A DNA stretch of 62,236 bases, counting the filler. It is 4 parts of 4 records of this genome, joined end to end, with 100 filler letters (N's around TTAATTAATTAA, not from the genome) between each part and the next. Parts side by side here need not be neighbours in the genome. Positions count along the whole stretch, not along the records: positions 1 to 13,446 come from SRR20825019_2554; 3 more parts are not named here. One strand, 5' to 3'. Shown piece by piece: positions 1 to 8,676 of the stretch (positions are counted from its first letter, which is position 1; each line of letters begins with the position of its first letter). Both the position numbers and the translations under genes were made by a program. The notes under the pieces were generated by a model. The model saw only the letters and a program-made list of their open reading frames with translations, was not told the origin of the DNA and ran no database searches.

Positions 1-75
1 GTAGGGCGGGGATTCCGCTCCCCGCCATCGCACAACTCAAGACTTACAAGGCGGGGTTCTGAGACCCCGCCCTAC
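1..75. repeat. Inverted pair of GTAG-type REP elements (REPIN-like) at the contig start
   Basis: GTAGGGCGGGGATTCCGCTCCCCGCC at 1-26 and the reverse complement of GTAGGGCGGGGTCTCAGAACCCCGCC at 50-75; each is GTAG plus a GC palindrome. Confidence 0.8.
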
Positions 76-95
76 AATTAACAGCGACACGATTC

Positions 96-347
96 TTACT
101 TCCCATTCACCCGTTCCAGAAACGGTTCGAGTTCCGCTGCGCCAAAATCGGCGAGAATGTTTCCATCCCAATCCAAGACCGGTGCTTTGGTCTGCCCGGA
201 GAGCTTTTCCATCTCAGCAAAGGCCTCCGCGTCATTGGTCACCACTTTTTCTTCGTAATCGATCTTTTCGCGATCGAGCACCACGCGCGCTTCGGCGCAC
301 CAAGGGCAACCGGTTTTCGTATAAAAGACAGGACGGGTTGAAGACAT
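96..347 (-). CDS. Glutaredoxin/NrdH-like redoxin
   Basis: 83 aa with CPWC and a glutaredoxin-like GQTKAPV motif. Confidence 0.85.
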   Translation of the reverse strand: MSSTRPVFYTKTGCPWCAEARVVLDREKIDYEEKVVTNDAEAFAEMEKLSGQTKAPVLDWDGNILADFGAAELEPFLERVNGK

Positions 348-382
348 GAGCTCACCCTAGCACAGCTTTCCTCCGCGACAAG

Positions 383-1234
383 TCACCCTTTGACCGCCCC
401 GCTCGTCAGACCGGAGATAAACTCTCTTTGCAGCAGCAAAAACAACGCCATCACCGGGGCGATCGACACCAGCGTGCCGGCCATGATCAGACCGTAGTCC
501 GTGCCGTAAACACCACGCAGATTGTTCAGCGCCACCGAAAGCGGTTGCAGCTCGGGTGACTGCAGGACGATCTGCGGTCCCACGAAATTATTCCACGCCC
601 CCAAGAAGCTGATGAGCAGAAAGGCCCCCGTCATCGGGCGCACCAGCGGCAAGGCCAGTTCAAAGAAAATGCGGATCTCTCCCGCCCCATCCAAGCGGGC
701 CGCCTGCACCAACTCCGTGGGCACCCCTCGCAACATCGCTTGCCGAAACAAAAAGATCCCGAATGCCGGTGCCAATCCCGGCAGTATCAGCCCCACGTAG
801 GTGTCGAGCAGTCCCATTTGGTAGAGTAACTGATATCCTGGAGCCAGCAGCAGCGGAGCCGGAATGATCAGGGCGGCCATCACCAGGGAGAACACTGTCG
901 AGCGTCCCCAAAACCGCAGTTTGGCCAAGCCGTAACCTGCCATCGCGCAGAGCAGTGTAGCGCCCACCGCATGCACGGAAGCGATGAAAATTGAATTCCA
1001 CACCGCCCGCCCGATACCCAGTTCGAGAAAAAGCCGCTTAAAATTTTCCACCGACAACCGGTCCCAACCAATTCCGAACAAGCCGTCGCCTTCCGGCAAA
1101 AACAACGTAGCCGCAAAATCGAATTTGGTCTTCAAAGCTCCGCAGACCAGATACGCAAATGGGATCAACGTGATCGCCGCATAAACCAGCAACACCGCGT
1201 AAACCATGATCAGGGAGATGCGTTGAATCTTCAT
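383..1234 (-). CDS. Carbohydrate ABC transporter permease (MalG-like)
   Basis: EAA-like loop (ELVQAARLDGAGE), C-terminal ISGLTSGAVKG; start moved to MKIQRIS (ATG 1234), just after the upstream permease stop. Confidence 0.9.
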   Translation of the reverse strand: MKIQRISLIMVYAVLLVYAAITLIPFAYLVCGALKTKFDFAATLFLPEGDGLFGIGWDRLSVENFKRLFLELGIGRAVWNSIFIASVHAVGATLLCAMAGYGLAKLRFWGRSTVFSLVMAALIIPAPLLLAPGYQLLYQMGLLDTYVGLILPGLAPAFGIFLFRQAMLRGVPTELVQAARLDGAGEIRIFFELALPLVRPMTGAFLLISFLGAWNNFVGPQIVLQSPELQPLSVALNNLRGVYGTDYGLIMAGTLVSIAPVMALFLLLQREFISGLTSGAVKG

Positions 1235-1236
1235 GG

Positions 1237-2133
1237 TTAATCCTCCTCGTGGCCGCGGCTCAGGCGACGATGCAACAACGCGATTCCCATCAAAAAGATC
1301 GCCATCACCCAACCCACCGCACTCGCGTAACCCAGATCCCCGGCAATGAAACCGGTTTGATAAAGATACATCACGATCGTGAGCCCTCGATCCGAGGGCC
1401 CCGCAGTGTCGTTGAGCAGCAAATAACTCAGTTCGAAGATTTGAAAACTGCCGATAATCGACAGCAGCGTCACAAACCCCGCGATCGGACGGATCTCCGG
1501 TAGGGTCACATGCCAGAACCGCTGCCATGCATTGCAGCCGTCCATCTCCGCCGCCTCGGTCAGTTCTTTCGGCACATTTTGTAGCGCCGCCAAAAAGTAG
1601 ATCATGTTAAACCCCGCATACATCCACACCGCTGCGAGAATCAGAGCCGGCATAATATAGACCTGCAGCCAGGCGAACTCCGGATCCCAGGCCCCGCCGG
1701 TCAGCATGTTCAGACTCACATTGAGCAGACCAATCCGCTTCTCAAAGATCGGCGAAAACAGAATCGCCACAAACGGCAGCCCCACCAGCACCGGGGAGAA
1801 AAAAACCAACCGCAGCCAGGAACGCCCGATCAGTTTCGGTCTATTCAACAACAGGGCCAACCCCAGGGCGACCGGCAATTGAATCAGCAGGGATCCGAGG
1901 GTGAAGATCGCAGTATTCGAGACTGCGATCCAAAACCGAGTATCGCTTACCAGATAGGCGAAGTTTTTAAACCCCACCCAACGCGTCGTCTCCGGCCCGA
2001 AGGTTTGCTGAAAGGCCAACAACAGTGAACTGATCAGCGGCCAAACAATAAAGACCCCGAAAATCAGCAAAAACGGACCCACGAAAAAGAGTGGTGCCCA
2101 ATCCCGACGACGGGGTGTAACGGGGAGACTCAT
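1237..2133 (-). CDS. Carbohydrate ABC transporter permease (MalF-like)
   Basis: WVGFKNF, EAAEMDGCNAWQRFWHVTLP, GYASA motifs and several TM helices. Confidence 0.9.
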   Translation of the reverse strand: MSLPVTPRRRDWAPLFFVGPFLLIFGVFIVWPLISSLLLAFQQTFGPETTRWVGFKNFAYLVSDTRFWIAVSNTAIFTLGSLLIQLPVALGLALLLNRPKLIGRSWLRLVFFSPVLVGLPFVAILFSPIFEKRIGLLNVSLNMLTGGAWDPEFAWLQVYIMPALILAAVWMYAGFNMIYFLAALQNVPKELTEAAEMDGCNAWQRFWHVTLPEIRPIAGFVTLLSIIGSFQIFELSYLLLNDTAGPSDRGLTIVMYLYQTGFIAGDLGYASAVGWVMAIFLMGIALLHRRLSRGHEED

Positions 2134-3524
2134 GGTGCTTCCGAGGGGGTTAAAAAGGAATTTCTGCCGATCTCACGGGCGAGGCGACCCTGCGCAATCT
2201 CGAGCAGCCGCTGGGCCTCCGGCACCAAGGCCTCCGGGGTATAGATTCCCTGCTCGTCCGCGTAGGCCCGCAATTCCATCAACGCATTCCCTAACATCTG
2301 CTGCGCGAAACTGGCGTAGGGTGACGAAGGACGATTCGGCACATCAGGCGCCTGTTCGATCAGCATGCGTCCCACCGGCTGTCCACTGAAATAGGGATCC
2401 GGTTCGTCGTATACCGGCAGACTCCACAACGATTTCACCGGCGTGATAATCAGACTTTTTCGAAACAGCGTTTCCGCGTTTTTTGGCGACAGGTAGAGAT
2501 TCGTTGCAAACTCCCACGCTTCATCCGCCCGCGGGGAACGGCGGTTGACCGCGATCATGGTGCCACCCCAAACGGAAGTCCGTCGACCGCCCGGCTCCCA
2601 CGCCGGCAGCGGCATGAGTTTCACTTTACCGGCCAGCCCCGGAATCTCCAGCCGCCATGAACCCGCCGTCCAATCCGCCAGCATCGAACCGATCACCACC
2701 CCGTCGAGCCGTTGCTTATGCCCCATCGCCGAAAACATATCTACATCCGTGCTCACACGGTTGGGACCGGTGAACCAAGTCACCAGACGTGCCAAAATCG
2801 CGGCATTGCGGGGATGATGGAGTTGCGGACGTTCCTGCTCGTCGAAGTAGGAGCCGCCCGCTTGGTAGAAGAGCATTTGCGTGGTCTCGATATTGGTATC
2901 CCAAGCATTCAACAGCCAACGATCCGGGCGCCCATCGCCGTTAAAATCCTGCTGCAAGGGACGCAGCAAACGAAAGTAATCCTCCCAGGTTTCGATCTCG
3001 GAAACGTCAATCCCGGCCGCTTCCACCAGATCGGAACGATACGCCAGCATCACCGGATGCACATCATGCGGAATCCCAAAAGTCCGGCCGCGTGACGTCC
3101 ACGGCGAAAACGAAGGCGCGTTAATCTGCTCTCTCAGTCCCGATTTTTCCAATCGATCCGTCACATCCAAAAACCCGACATCTTCCAATGGCCCTACAAA
3201 AGCCTTGGCCCCCACCGTCCGCTCTACTTCGAACACATCCGCCAGCGGCGTGCCGGAAAAAAAGCCCGACACCAAGCGTTGCTGGAGTGCGGCCCCGTTC
3301 AGTAGCGACATCTGCACTTTTTGCTCCGGATGCTCCCGGTTCCAGTCCGGAACCGTGCGCTCGTAGGTTTCGAAATGAGTCTGGTAAAACACCCAGAATA
3401 GCATGCCCGTCCGTGGTTCCGGCTGCAGACGCCACACCACCACGCTGCTGATCAACGCCAGCGCGATCACGACAGCCGCTCCGGGCGACAGGATACGGCG
3501 CAGACTAGCCAACAGGGCACGCAT
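2130..3524 (-). CDS. Carbohydrate ABC transporter substrate-binding protein
   Basis: N-terminal hydrophobic anchor, family-1 SBP-like motifs (YRSDLVEAAGID, WGGT); 4-nt overlap with the permease. Confidence 0.85.
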   Translation of the reverse strand: MRALLASLRRILSPGAAVVIALALISSVVVWRLQPEPRTGMLFWVFYQTHFETYERTVPDWNREHPEQKVQMSLLNGAALQQRLVSGFFSGTPLADVFEVERTVGAKAFVGPLEDVGFLDVTDRLEKSGLREQINAPSFSPWTSRGRTFGIPHDVHPVMLAYRSDLVEAAGIDVSEIETWEDYFRLLRPLQQDFNGDGRPDRWLLNAWDTNIETTQMLFYQAGGSYFDEQERPQLHHPRNAAILARLVTWFTGPNRVSTDVDMFSAMGHKQRLDGVVIGSMLADWTAGSWRLEIPGLAGKVKLMPLPAWEPGGRRTSVWGGTMIAVNRRSPRADEAWEFATNLYLSPKNAETLFRKSLIITPVKSLWSLPVYDEPDPYFSGQPVGRMLIEQAPDVPNRPSSPYASFAQQMLGNALMELRAYADEQGIYTPEALVPEAQRLLEIAQGRLAREIGRNSFLTPSEAP

Positions 3525-3704
3525 GACGGGGTAGGATCATCGGAGGGGTCCGACCACCTCACGCATTCGCTTTGCCTCTAGCAAGGCAAAGCTGTTACTA
3601 GGTGCTAAAGTTTCAACGCCAAGTGGGCCGCGAGTTCGCTCGACATAGCTCGAGGCTTGGCCGGTCGAACGGCTGCCTCGCTTAATCAGCTCCCGCGCAA
3701 AGTT

Positions 3705-3871
3705 GTGGAGGGTCTCCGACCCGCCATCGAATACCGACACGCTCATGGCAGGTCATAGACCTGCCCCTACCTTGGTTGGCGACCTTTTAATTGTAGGGCG
3801 GGGATTCCGCTCCCCGCCCATCAAATGACTTCAAGACTTACCAAGCAGGGTTCCACCTTCGCCTCTACTAC
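3705..3871. repeat. Cluster of GTAG REP copies
   Basis: 3793-3818 is identical to 1-26 and its spacer shares TCAAGACTTAC; 3747-3770 is the reverse complement of GTAGGGGCAGGTCTATGACCTGCC; degenerate copies flank these. Confidence 0.75.
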
Positions 3872-3913
3872 GGTGAACATGTCGGTGCCCCCGCCTTTCA
3901 GCTCAACAAAGCA

Positions 3914-4960
3914 TCAATTCCCCAACACCCAGTTGAAGATCAGCGGCGCCACAATCGTCGCATCGCTTTCAACGATGAACTTCGGGGTCGATCCCGCGAG
4001 TTTGCCCCAGGTGATCTTCTCGTTCGGCACCGCCCCGGAATAGCTGCCATAGCTGGTCGTCGAATCGCTGATCTGCGCGAAGTAACCCCAGAGCGGCACG
4101 CCCGTGCGCTCAAGATCCTGATGCAGCATCGGCACCACACAGATTGGAAAGTCACCGGAGATGCCCCCGCCGATCTGGAAAAATCCGATCGAGCCTTCGC
4201 CGTTCTTCAGCTTCTTGGCTGTCTTCGTATACCATTCGGCGAGCCAGGTCATGTATTCGATGCCCGTGCGCACCGTGTGCACGTTTTTGATCTCACCGGT
4301 CACGCAACGCCCCGCAAACATGTTGCCCAAGGTCGCGTCTTCCCAACCCGGCACGATAATCGGCAGATTCTTTTCACAGGCGGCGATCATCCATGAATTC
4401 TTCGGATCGATCTGGAAATCCTTCTCCAGTTTTCCGCTGCGCAAAATCTTATACATGAACTCATGCGGGAAATAGCGCTCGCCGGCTTCATCCGCCTTCG
4501 TCCATTCGTCGGCCACGACTTTCTCGATCCGGCGCATCGCTTCCATTTCGGGAATGCAGGTATCCGTCACGCGGTTCATGTGACGGTCGAGCAGTTTCAC
4601 CTCGTCCTCCGCCGTGAGGTGACGGTAGTGCGGCACGCGCTCGTAATAATCGTGCGCCACCAGATTGAAAATATCCTCCTCCAGATTCGCGCCGGTGCAG
4701 ACGATCGCGTGCACCTTGTTTTTACGAATCATCTCCGCGAGAGAAATACCCAGCTCGGCCGTGGACATCGCGCCGCCCATCGTGACCATCATCTTGCCGC
4801 CCGCCTTCAGGTGATCCTCGTAGCCCTTGGCCGTGTCCATCAACGCCGCCGCATTGAAGTGACGGTAGTTATGCGCGATAAACTTGGAGATAGGACCCTT
4901 TCGGGCCGCACGCTTCTTATTCACGTCCTCAGGCTTCACCTTGGCTTTTTTGGCTTTCAT
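3914..4960 (-). CDS. Deoxyhypusine synthase family protein (probable homospermidine synthase)
   Basis: GGAMSTAELG, CTGANLEED, QIGGG, GSYSGA, EKITWGKL (catalytic Lys) and SDATIVAP; start set at MKAKKAK. Confidence 0.88.
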   Translation of the reverse strand: MKAKKAKVKPEDVNKKRAARKGPISKFIAHNYRHFNAAALMDTAKGYEDHLKAGGKMMVTMGGAMSTAELGISLAEMIRKNKVHAIVCTGANLEEDIFNLVAHDYYERVPHYRHLTAEDEVKLLDRHMNRVTDTCIPEMEAMRRIEKVVADEWTKADEAGERYFPHEFMYKILRSGKLEKDFQIDPKNSWMIAACEKNLPIIVPGWEDATLGNMFAGRCVTGEIKNVHTVRTGIEYMTWLAEWYTKTAKKLKNGEGSIGFFQIGGGISGDFPICVVPMLHQDLERTGVPLWGYFAQISDSTTSYGSYSGAVPNEKITWGKLAGSTPKFIVESDATIVAPLIFNWVLGN

Positions 4961-5133
4961 GATTGTCCGATGAATAGCAGGGCTACGCACGGATTCGCTA
5001 CAAAAATCGGCCCCTCTTCCCAACATCCTTCCCATCGAAAGTAACCTATTAGGTTACTTTCATCCGTTCTGATTGGCTCAAATTCACCGCCAGCATTGAC
5101 GAGAGGCCCTCCGATCCGGTTTGCTGACCCTTC

Positions 5134-7011
5134 ATGCTCACGATCGCCGACGTTTCCAAGTCCTACGGCACCCGCAAATTATTCGGCGGGGTGTCGCTGT
5201 TCGTCGCGCGCACCGACCGTTACGGCCTTGTCGGCCCCAATGGCGCGGGTAAATCGACCCTCTTCAATCTGATCCTCGGCGAAGAGACCGCCGATACCGG
5301 CACGATCGAATGGGAACGCGGGGCCGACTTCGGCTTTCTCCCGCAGGAGAGCGCCCCCGTTGGCGAAGAAACCGTTCTCGGGATCGCCACCAACGGTGCG
5401 AAACTCGACATGATCGATGATGATGATGAGGACTGGGACATCGATTGGACGATTGAACCCCGCGCGCGCAAGATCCTCGCCGGCCTCGGTTTCAAAGACG
5501 CCGAGATGGACCTCCCGGCCAAATCGTTTTCCGGCGGCTGGATCATGCGCGCTCATCTGGCCCGCCTCCTCGTTTCCGAACCCGCGCTTCTCATCCTCGA
5601 TGAGCCGACCAATCACCTCGATCTAGAAGCCCTCCTTTGGTTTCAGGATTACCTCACCCGCTATCCCGGCGGCCTGCTGGTCGTCTCGCATGATCGCGCG
5701 TTTCTGAACGCCCTCTGCACCGGCATTCTCGAACTCAGCGTGGGCACCCTTCACCGCTATCACGGCAACTACGACGACTACAAAATCGAGAAAGTCGCCC
5801 GCCACGAACAGCTCCAAGCTCAATTCAAGAACCAGCAGAAGGAGATCGCCCACCTCGAAAAATTCGTCAATCGCTTCGGAGCCAAAGCGTCCATGGCGAG
5901 CCGGGCTAAATCCAAGGAAAAGCAAATCGACCGACTCAAGGAAGTTGCCATCGAGGAACCCGGCGAAGAACTCCGACGCATCAATTTCCGCTTTCCTCAA
6001 CCACCCCGTTCCGGACGCAAGGTCATCGAGCTCAAAAAAGTCGATCAAGCCTACGGCGATCACGTCGTTTATCGTGACCTCAACTTCACCGCCGAGCGCG
6101 GACAGAAACTCGTGCTCGTCGGCCCGAATGGGGCCGGTAAGTCCACCCTGCTGAAAATCCTCGCCGATGTAATTGAGATTCAGGGTGGCGTCCGCGAACT
6201 CGGCAGTAATGTGATCCCCGGCTACTTCGCCCAAAACCGCGGCGACAATCTCAAGCTCGACGCGACGGTTTTCGAAAATGTCATGGAGCTGCGCACTGCC
6301 GAGAACCAGCTCACCGAGCAGCAGGCTCGCGCCATTCTCGGAGCGTTTCTCTTCCGCAAGGACGACGTGTTTAAGAAGGTCTCCGTGCTTTCCGGCGGTG
6401 AAAAATCCCGCCTCGCCCTCGCCCGGCTCCTCGTCGATCCGCCAAATCTCCTCCTCATGGATGAGCCGACGACTCACTTGGATATCCAGTCGATCGACGC
6501 GCTCATTAATGCGCTCAAAGGCTACGACGGCACTTTCATCTTCATTAGTCACGACGTGCACTTTATCCGCACGCTCGGTGCCCACGTGCTCCACGTGCAC
6601 AGCGGCCGACTGACCCAATACGCCGGCGACTACGATTACTACCTCGATAAGTCCAATGCCGGTGACGCCCGCGAAGCGTTGACCGCCGGATTCACGAATG
6701 CCCGTCCGGAACAGAAGGCCCCTGAGAAAACCAAGGCCGCTTCTGTCGCCGAACCCGATTCAAACGCCCCGACTCTCACCGCCAATCAACTCCGCAAACT
6801 TCGCGAAAATGTCGGCCAGCTGGAAAAACGCGTTTCCGAACTCGAATCCACTCAGGCCGAGCTCACCGCCGAATTGGAAAACCCCGAGTCCTACCAAAAC
6901 GGCAAAGCCCAGCATTTGAACCGTGAACTCTCCGCCGTGGTCGATCAACTCGCCGCCGCCACCAAAGCTTGGGAAGCCGCCGCCACCGAGTTAAGCGAAG
7001 CAGAGGGATAG
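5134..7011 (+). CDS. ABC-F family ATPase (YheS/Uup-like)
   Basis: Two GPNGAGKST Walker A motifs, FSGGW/LSGGE signatures, DEPT motifs, no TM segments, C-terminal coiled coil. Confidence 0.92.
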   Translation: MLTIADVSKSYGTRKLFGGVSLFVARTDRYGLVGPNGAGKSTLFNLILGEETADTGTIEWERGADFGFLPQESAPVGEETVLGIATNGAKLDMIDDDDEDWDIDWTIEPRARKILAGLGFKDAEMDLPAKSFSGGWIMRAHLARLLVSEPALLILDEPTNHLDLEALLWFQDYLTRYPGGLLVVSHDRAFLNALCTGILELSVGTLHRYHGNYDDYKIEKVARHEQLQAQFKNQQKEIAHLEKFVNRFGAKASMASRAKSKEKQIDRLKEVAIEEPGEELRRINFRFPQPPRSGRKVIELKKVDQAYGDHVVYRDLNFTAERGQKLVLVGPNGAGKSTLLKILADVIEIQGGVRELGSNVIPGYFAQNRGDNLKLDATVFENVMELRTAENQLTEQQARAILGAFLFRKDDVFKKVSVLSGGEKSRLALARLLVDPPNLLLMDEPTTHLDIQSIDALINALKGYDGTFIFISHDVHFIRTLGAHVLHVHSGRLTQYAGDYDYYLDKSNAGDAREALTAGFTNARPEQKAPEKTKAASVAEPDSNAPTLTANQLRKLRENVGQLEKRVSELESTQAELTAELENPESYQNGKAQHLNRELSAVVDQLAAATKAWEAAATELSEAEG

Positions 7012-7020
7012 AGTTTTTGC

Positions 7021-7044
7021 CACAGAGACGCAGAGAGCACGGAG
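7021..7044 (+). repeat. CACAGAG-type intergenic repeat, left copy
   Basis: CACAGAGACGCAGAGAGCACGGAG; 21/24 identical to the reverse complement of 8606-8629. Confidence 0.65.
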
Positions 7045-7193
7045 CCATACCCTGTAGCTGCACTTGAGTCCCACAGGGAGAAAGTGTGGACCACCAGCCT
7101 GTCTGGATTCTATCTCTCCTCTGTGCCTCCGCGGCCAATCCCCACGCAAGTCGTCAAAGTTGACTCCCTTCAAAATCCAGCAATATTGCCGCC

Positions 7194-7388
7194 ATAACTG
7201 CGACCCAAGTCATTCGCCAGTTAGAGCAGCTCCCCAGCGATGAGCGGAGCAAGGTATTCGCCTACGTGGATGCTGAAATCGAACGGCGTGAAGACGAAGC
7301 AGACCTCCAAGCTCTCTCCGATGCTAAACTCGATCCCCGCCCCGCTATGGTTTGGGAAGATGTGAAGACCAAACACGAATTGAAGTGA
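7194..7388 (+). pseudogene. Type II antitoxin (addiction-module-like) beginning with ATA instead of ATG
   Basis: Frame reads (I)TATQVIRQLEQLPSDERSKVFAYVDAEIERREDEADLQALSDAKLDPRPAMVWEDVKTKHELK*; acidic, ends in a WEDVK-type motif; overlaps the next start (GTGA). Confidence 0.6.
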
Positions 7389-7460
7389 ACGCATACGCGG
7401 TCAACGTCGGCCCCAAAGCTCAGGATTGGTTCGACTAATGCCGTGACCGGCAACTCAATA
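7385..7460 (+). pseudogene. RelE/ParE-like toxin remnant
   Basis: GTG start in a GTGA overlap: MNAYAVNVGPKAQDWFD*CRDRQL, with a stop at 7436-7438; similarity is lost after that. Confidence 0.5.
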
Positions 7461-7506
7461 CAACGCGACCAAATGCCAACCTAGCACGATGACAAAAGGA
7501 AAATAT

Positions 7507-8400
7507 TCAAACTCTCCAAGCCGGTCGCTCGCGCCAATCAGCAGGGAAACCCATCTCCTTCGTTACAGGGTATTCTTGCATGTCGATCAATCCAAGTAAA
7601 CGAGTCCGCCAAGTGTGATCCGGTTCGATCACATCCATCATATGTCCCAACAGCACTAGGGTATTGTATATTTTCCGATCTGCCGCGGCATGCAGGCTAC
7701 TCAGCATGTGCCGAGGTTGGCTTTGAGGGAGAGAAAGCGTGATCGTAAACCGGCGATTCCATAGACGAGCGTGATGCGCGCATAAGTTTCGCACATAGGT
7801 CGCGTGCTGAAGCAACGACTTCATATTTTCGGGAAACAGGCGGTAAGTTTTCGCAATCGCTTTCCGATCCTGGCTGCGAGCTGTGTTCGCAAAAAACTGG
7901 CTCAACATCCCAAACGACATCACTTCACATGCAGCCCAAATAGGAGGACGCGACATGGCATGCTGCCTGCGATAATGAGCCACAAAAGGCGCCTCACTAC
8001 GTCGAAGTTCATCATCCAGTTTTCTAAGCGCCTCGGTGTGACGAACTGAATCACTAAACACTTCTGGCAATTCAAACGCCTGCGAACCATGTGCATGACC
8101 CAACACGTAGGCCCATCGTGATCGGACAGAGATTTCAATCTGCTTCAGGGCCTCTGCCAAGAGCTGCTTAATCCCACGATCAAATTCATAGAGCCCCCAT
8201 AAAGTCTCAAAAGTAATACTGGATTGAAATCGATCCACATCTCCCTGCACCGTGAGTGGAAACCGATACGCGGAAAGCCTATAATAATTGTGGTGTTCCA
8301 ATTGATGCAAAGCCCGTGCTTCATCCTCCACGATAAGACCGCGACTTTTGAGTAGTTCCAGTTGCTCGGAATAAGTCTTAGCTGGTTTCTCGCGAGTCAT
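7507..8400 (-). CDS. Abi_2 family (AbiD/AbiF-like) HEPN abortive-infection protein
   Basis: N-terminal KPAKTYSEQLELLKSRGL..NYYRLSAY, IEISVRS, PPIWAACEVMSFG, HEPN RxxxxH in VRNLCAHHARLWNR. Confidence 0.88.
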   Translation of the reverse strand: MTREKPAKTYSEQLELLKSRGLIVEDEARALHQLEHHNYYRLSAYRFPLTVQGDVDRFQSSITFETLWGLYEFDRGIKQLLAEALKQIEISVRSRWAYVLGHAHGSQAFELPEVFSDSVRHTEALRKLDDELRRSEAPFVAHYRRQHAMSRPPIWAACEVMSFGMLSQFFANTARSQDRKAIAKTYRLFPENMKSLLQHATYVRNLCAHHARLWNRRFTITLSLPQSQPRHMLSSLHAAADRKIYNTLVLLGHMMDVIEPDHTWRTRLLGLIDMQEYPVTKEMGFPADWRERPAWRV

Positions 8401-8420
8401 GGCTTAAGACTAAAATGAGT

Positions 8421-8477
8421 AACCCGCCGATTTGAGCAGTGCCTCAGTCGAAACCGAGACCCGAGGCTTGGCGGGTT
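8421..8477 (-). ncRNA. Structured RNA upstream of the Abi_2 gene (abiF-motif-like, candidate RNA antitoxin)
   Basis: Outer stem AACCCGCC/GGCGGGUU (8470-8477 with 8421-8428) encloses an 8-bp stem with a UUCG loop (GUCUCGGU-UUCG-ACUGAGGC, 8441-8460); ends 20 nt before the ATG. Confidence 0.65.
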
Positions 8478-8605
8478 TTGTTAAAGAAAAGGGAGTGCAG
8501 AAATTTGTTTTTCGCAAGCTAAAACCAGAAGCCGCAACGCAGCTTTCTCTCTGCTGTAAGCCGTCCCCGCTTTGCGTAGCCAACGTAAGCCGGGAAACAT
8601 CCCTG

Positions 8606-8676
8606 CTCCGCGTTCTCCGCGTCTCTGTGTCTAATCTCAGTCCCAGCCTTTTCGTGTATTTGGTGTAATTTCGTGG
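8606..8676 (-). repeat. CACAGAG-type repeat (right copy) and an adjacent CACGAA-type periodic repeat
   Basis: Reverse complement of 8606-8629 = CACAGAGACGCGGAGAACGCGGAG; reverse complement of 8651-8676 = CCACGAAATTACACCAAATACACGAA. Confidence 0.55.
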
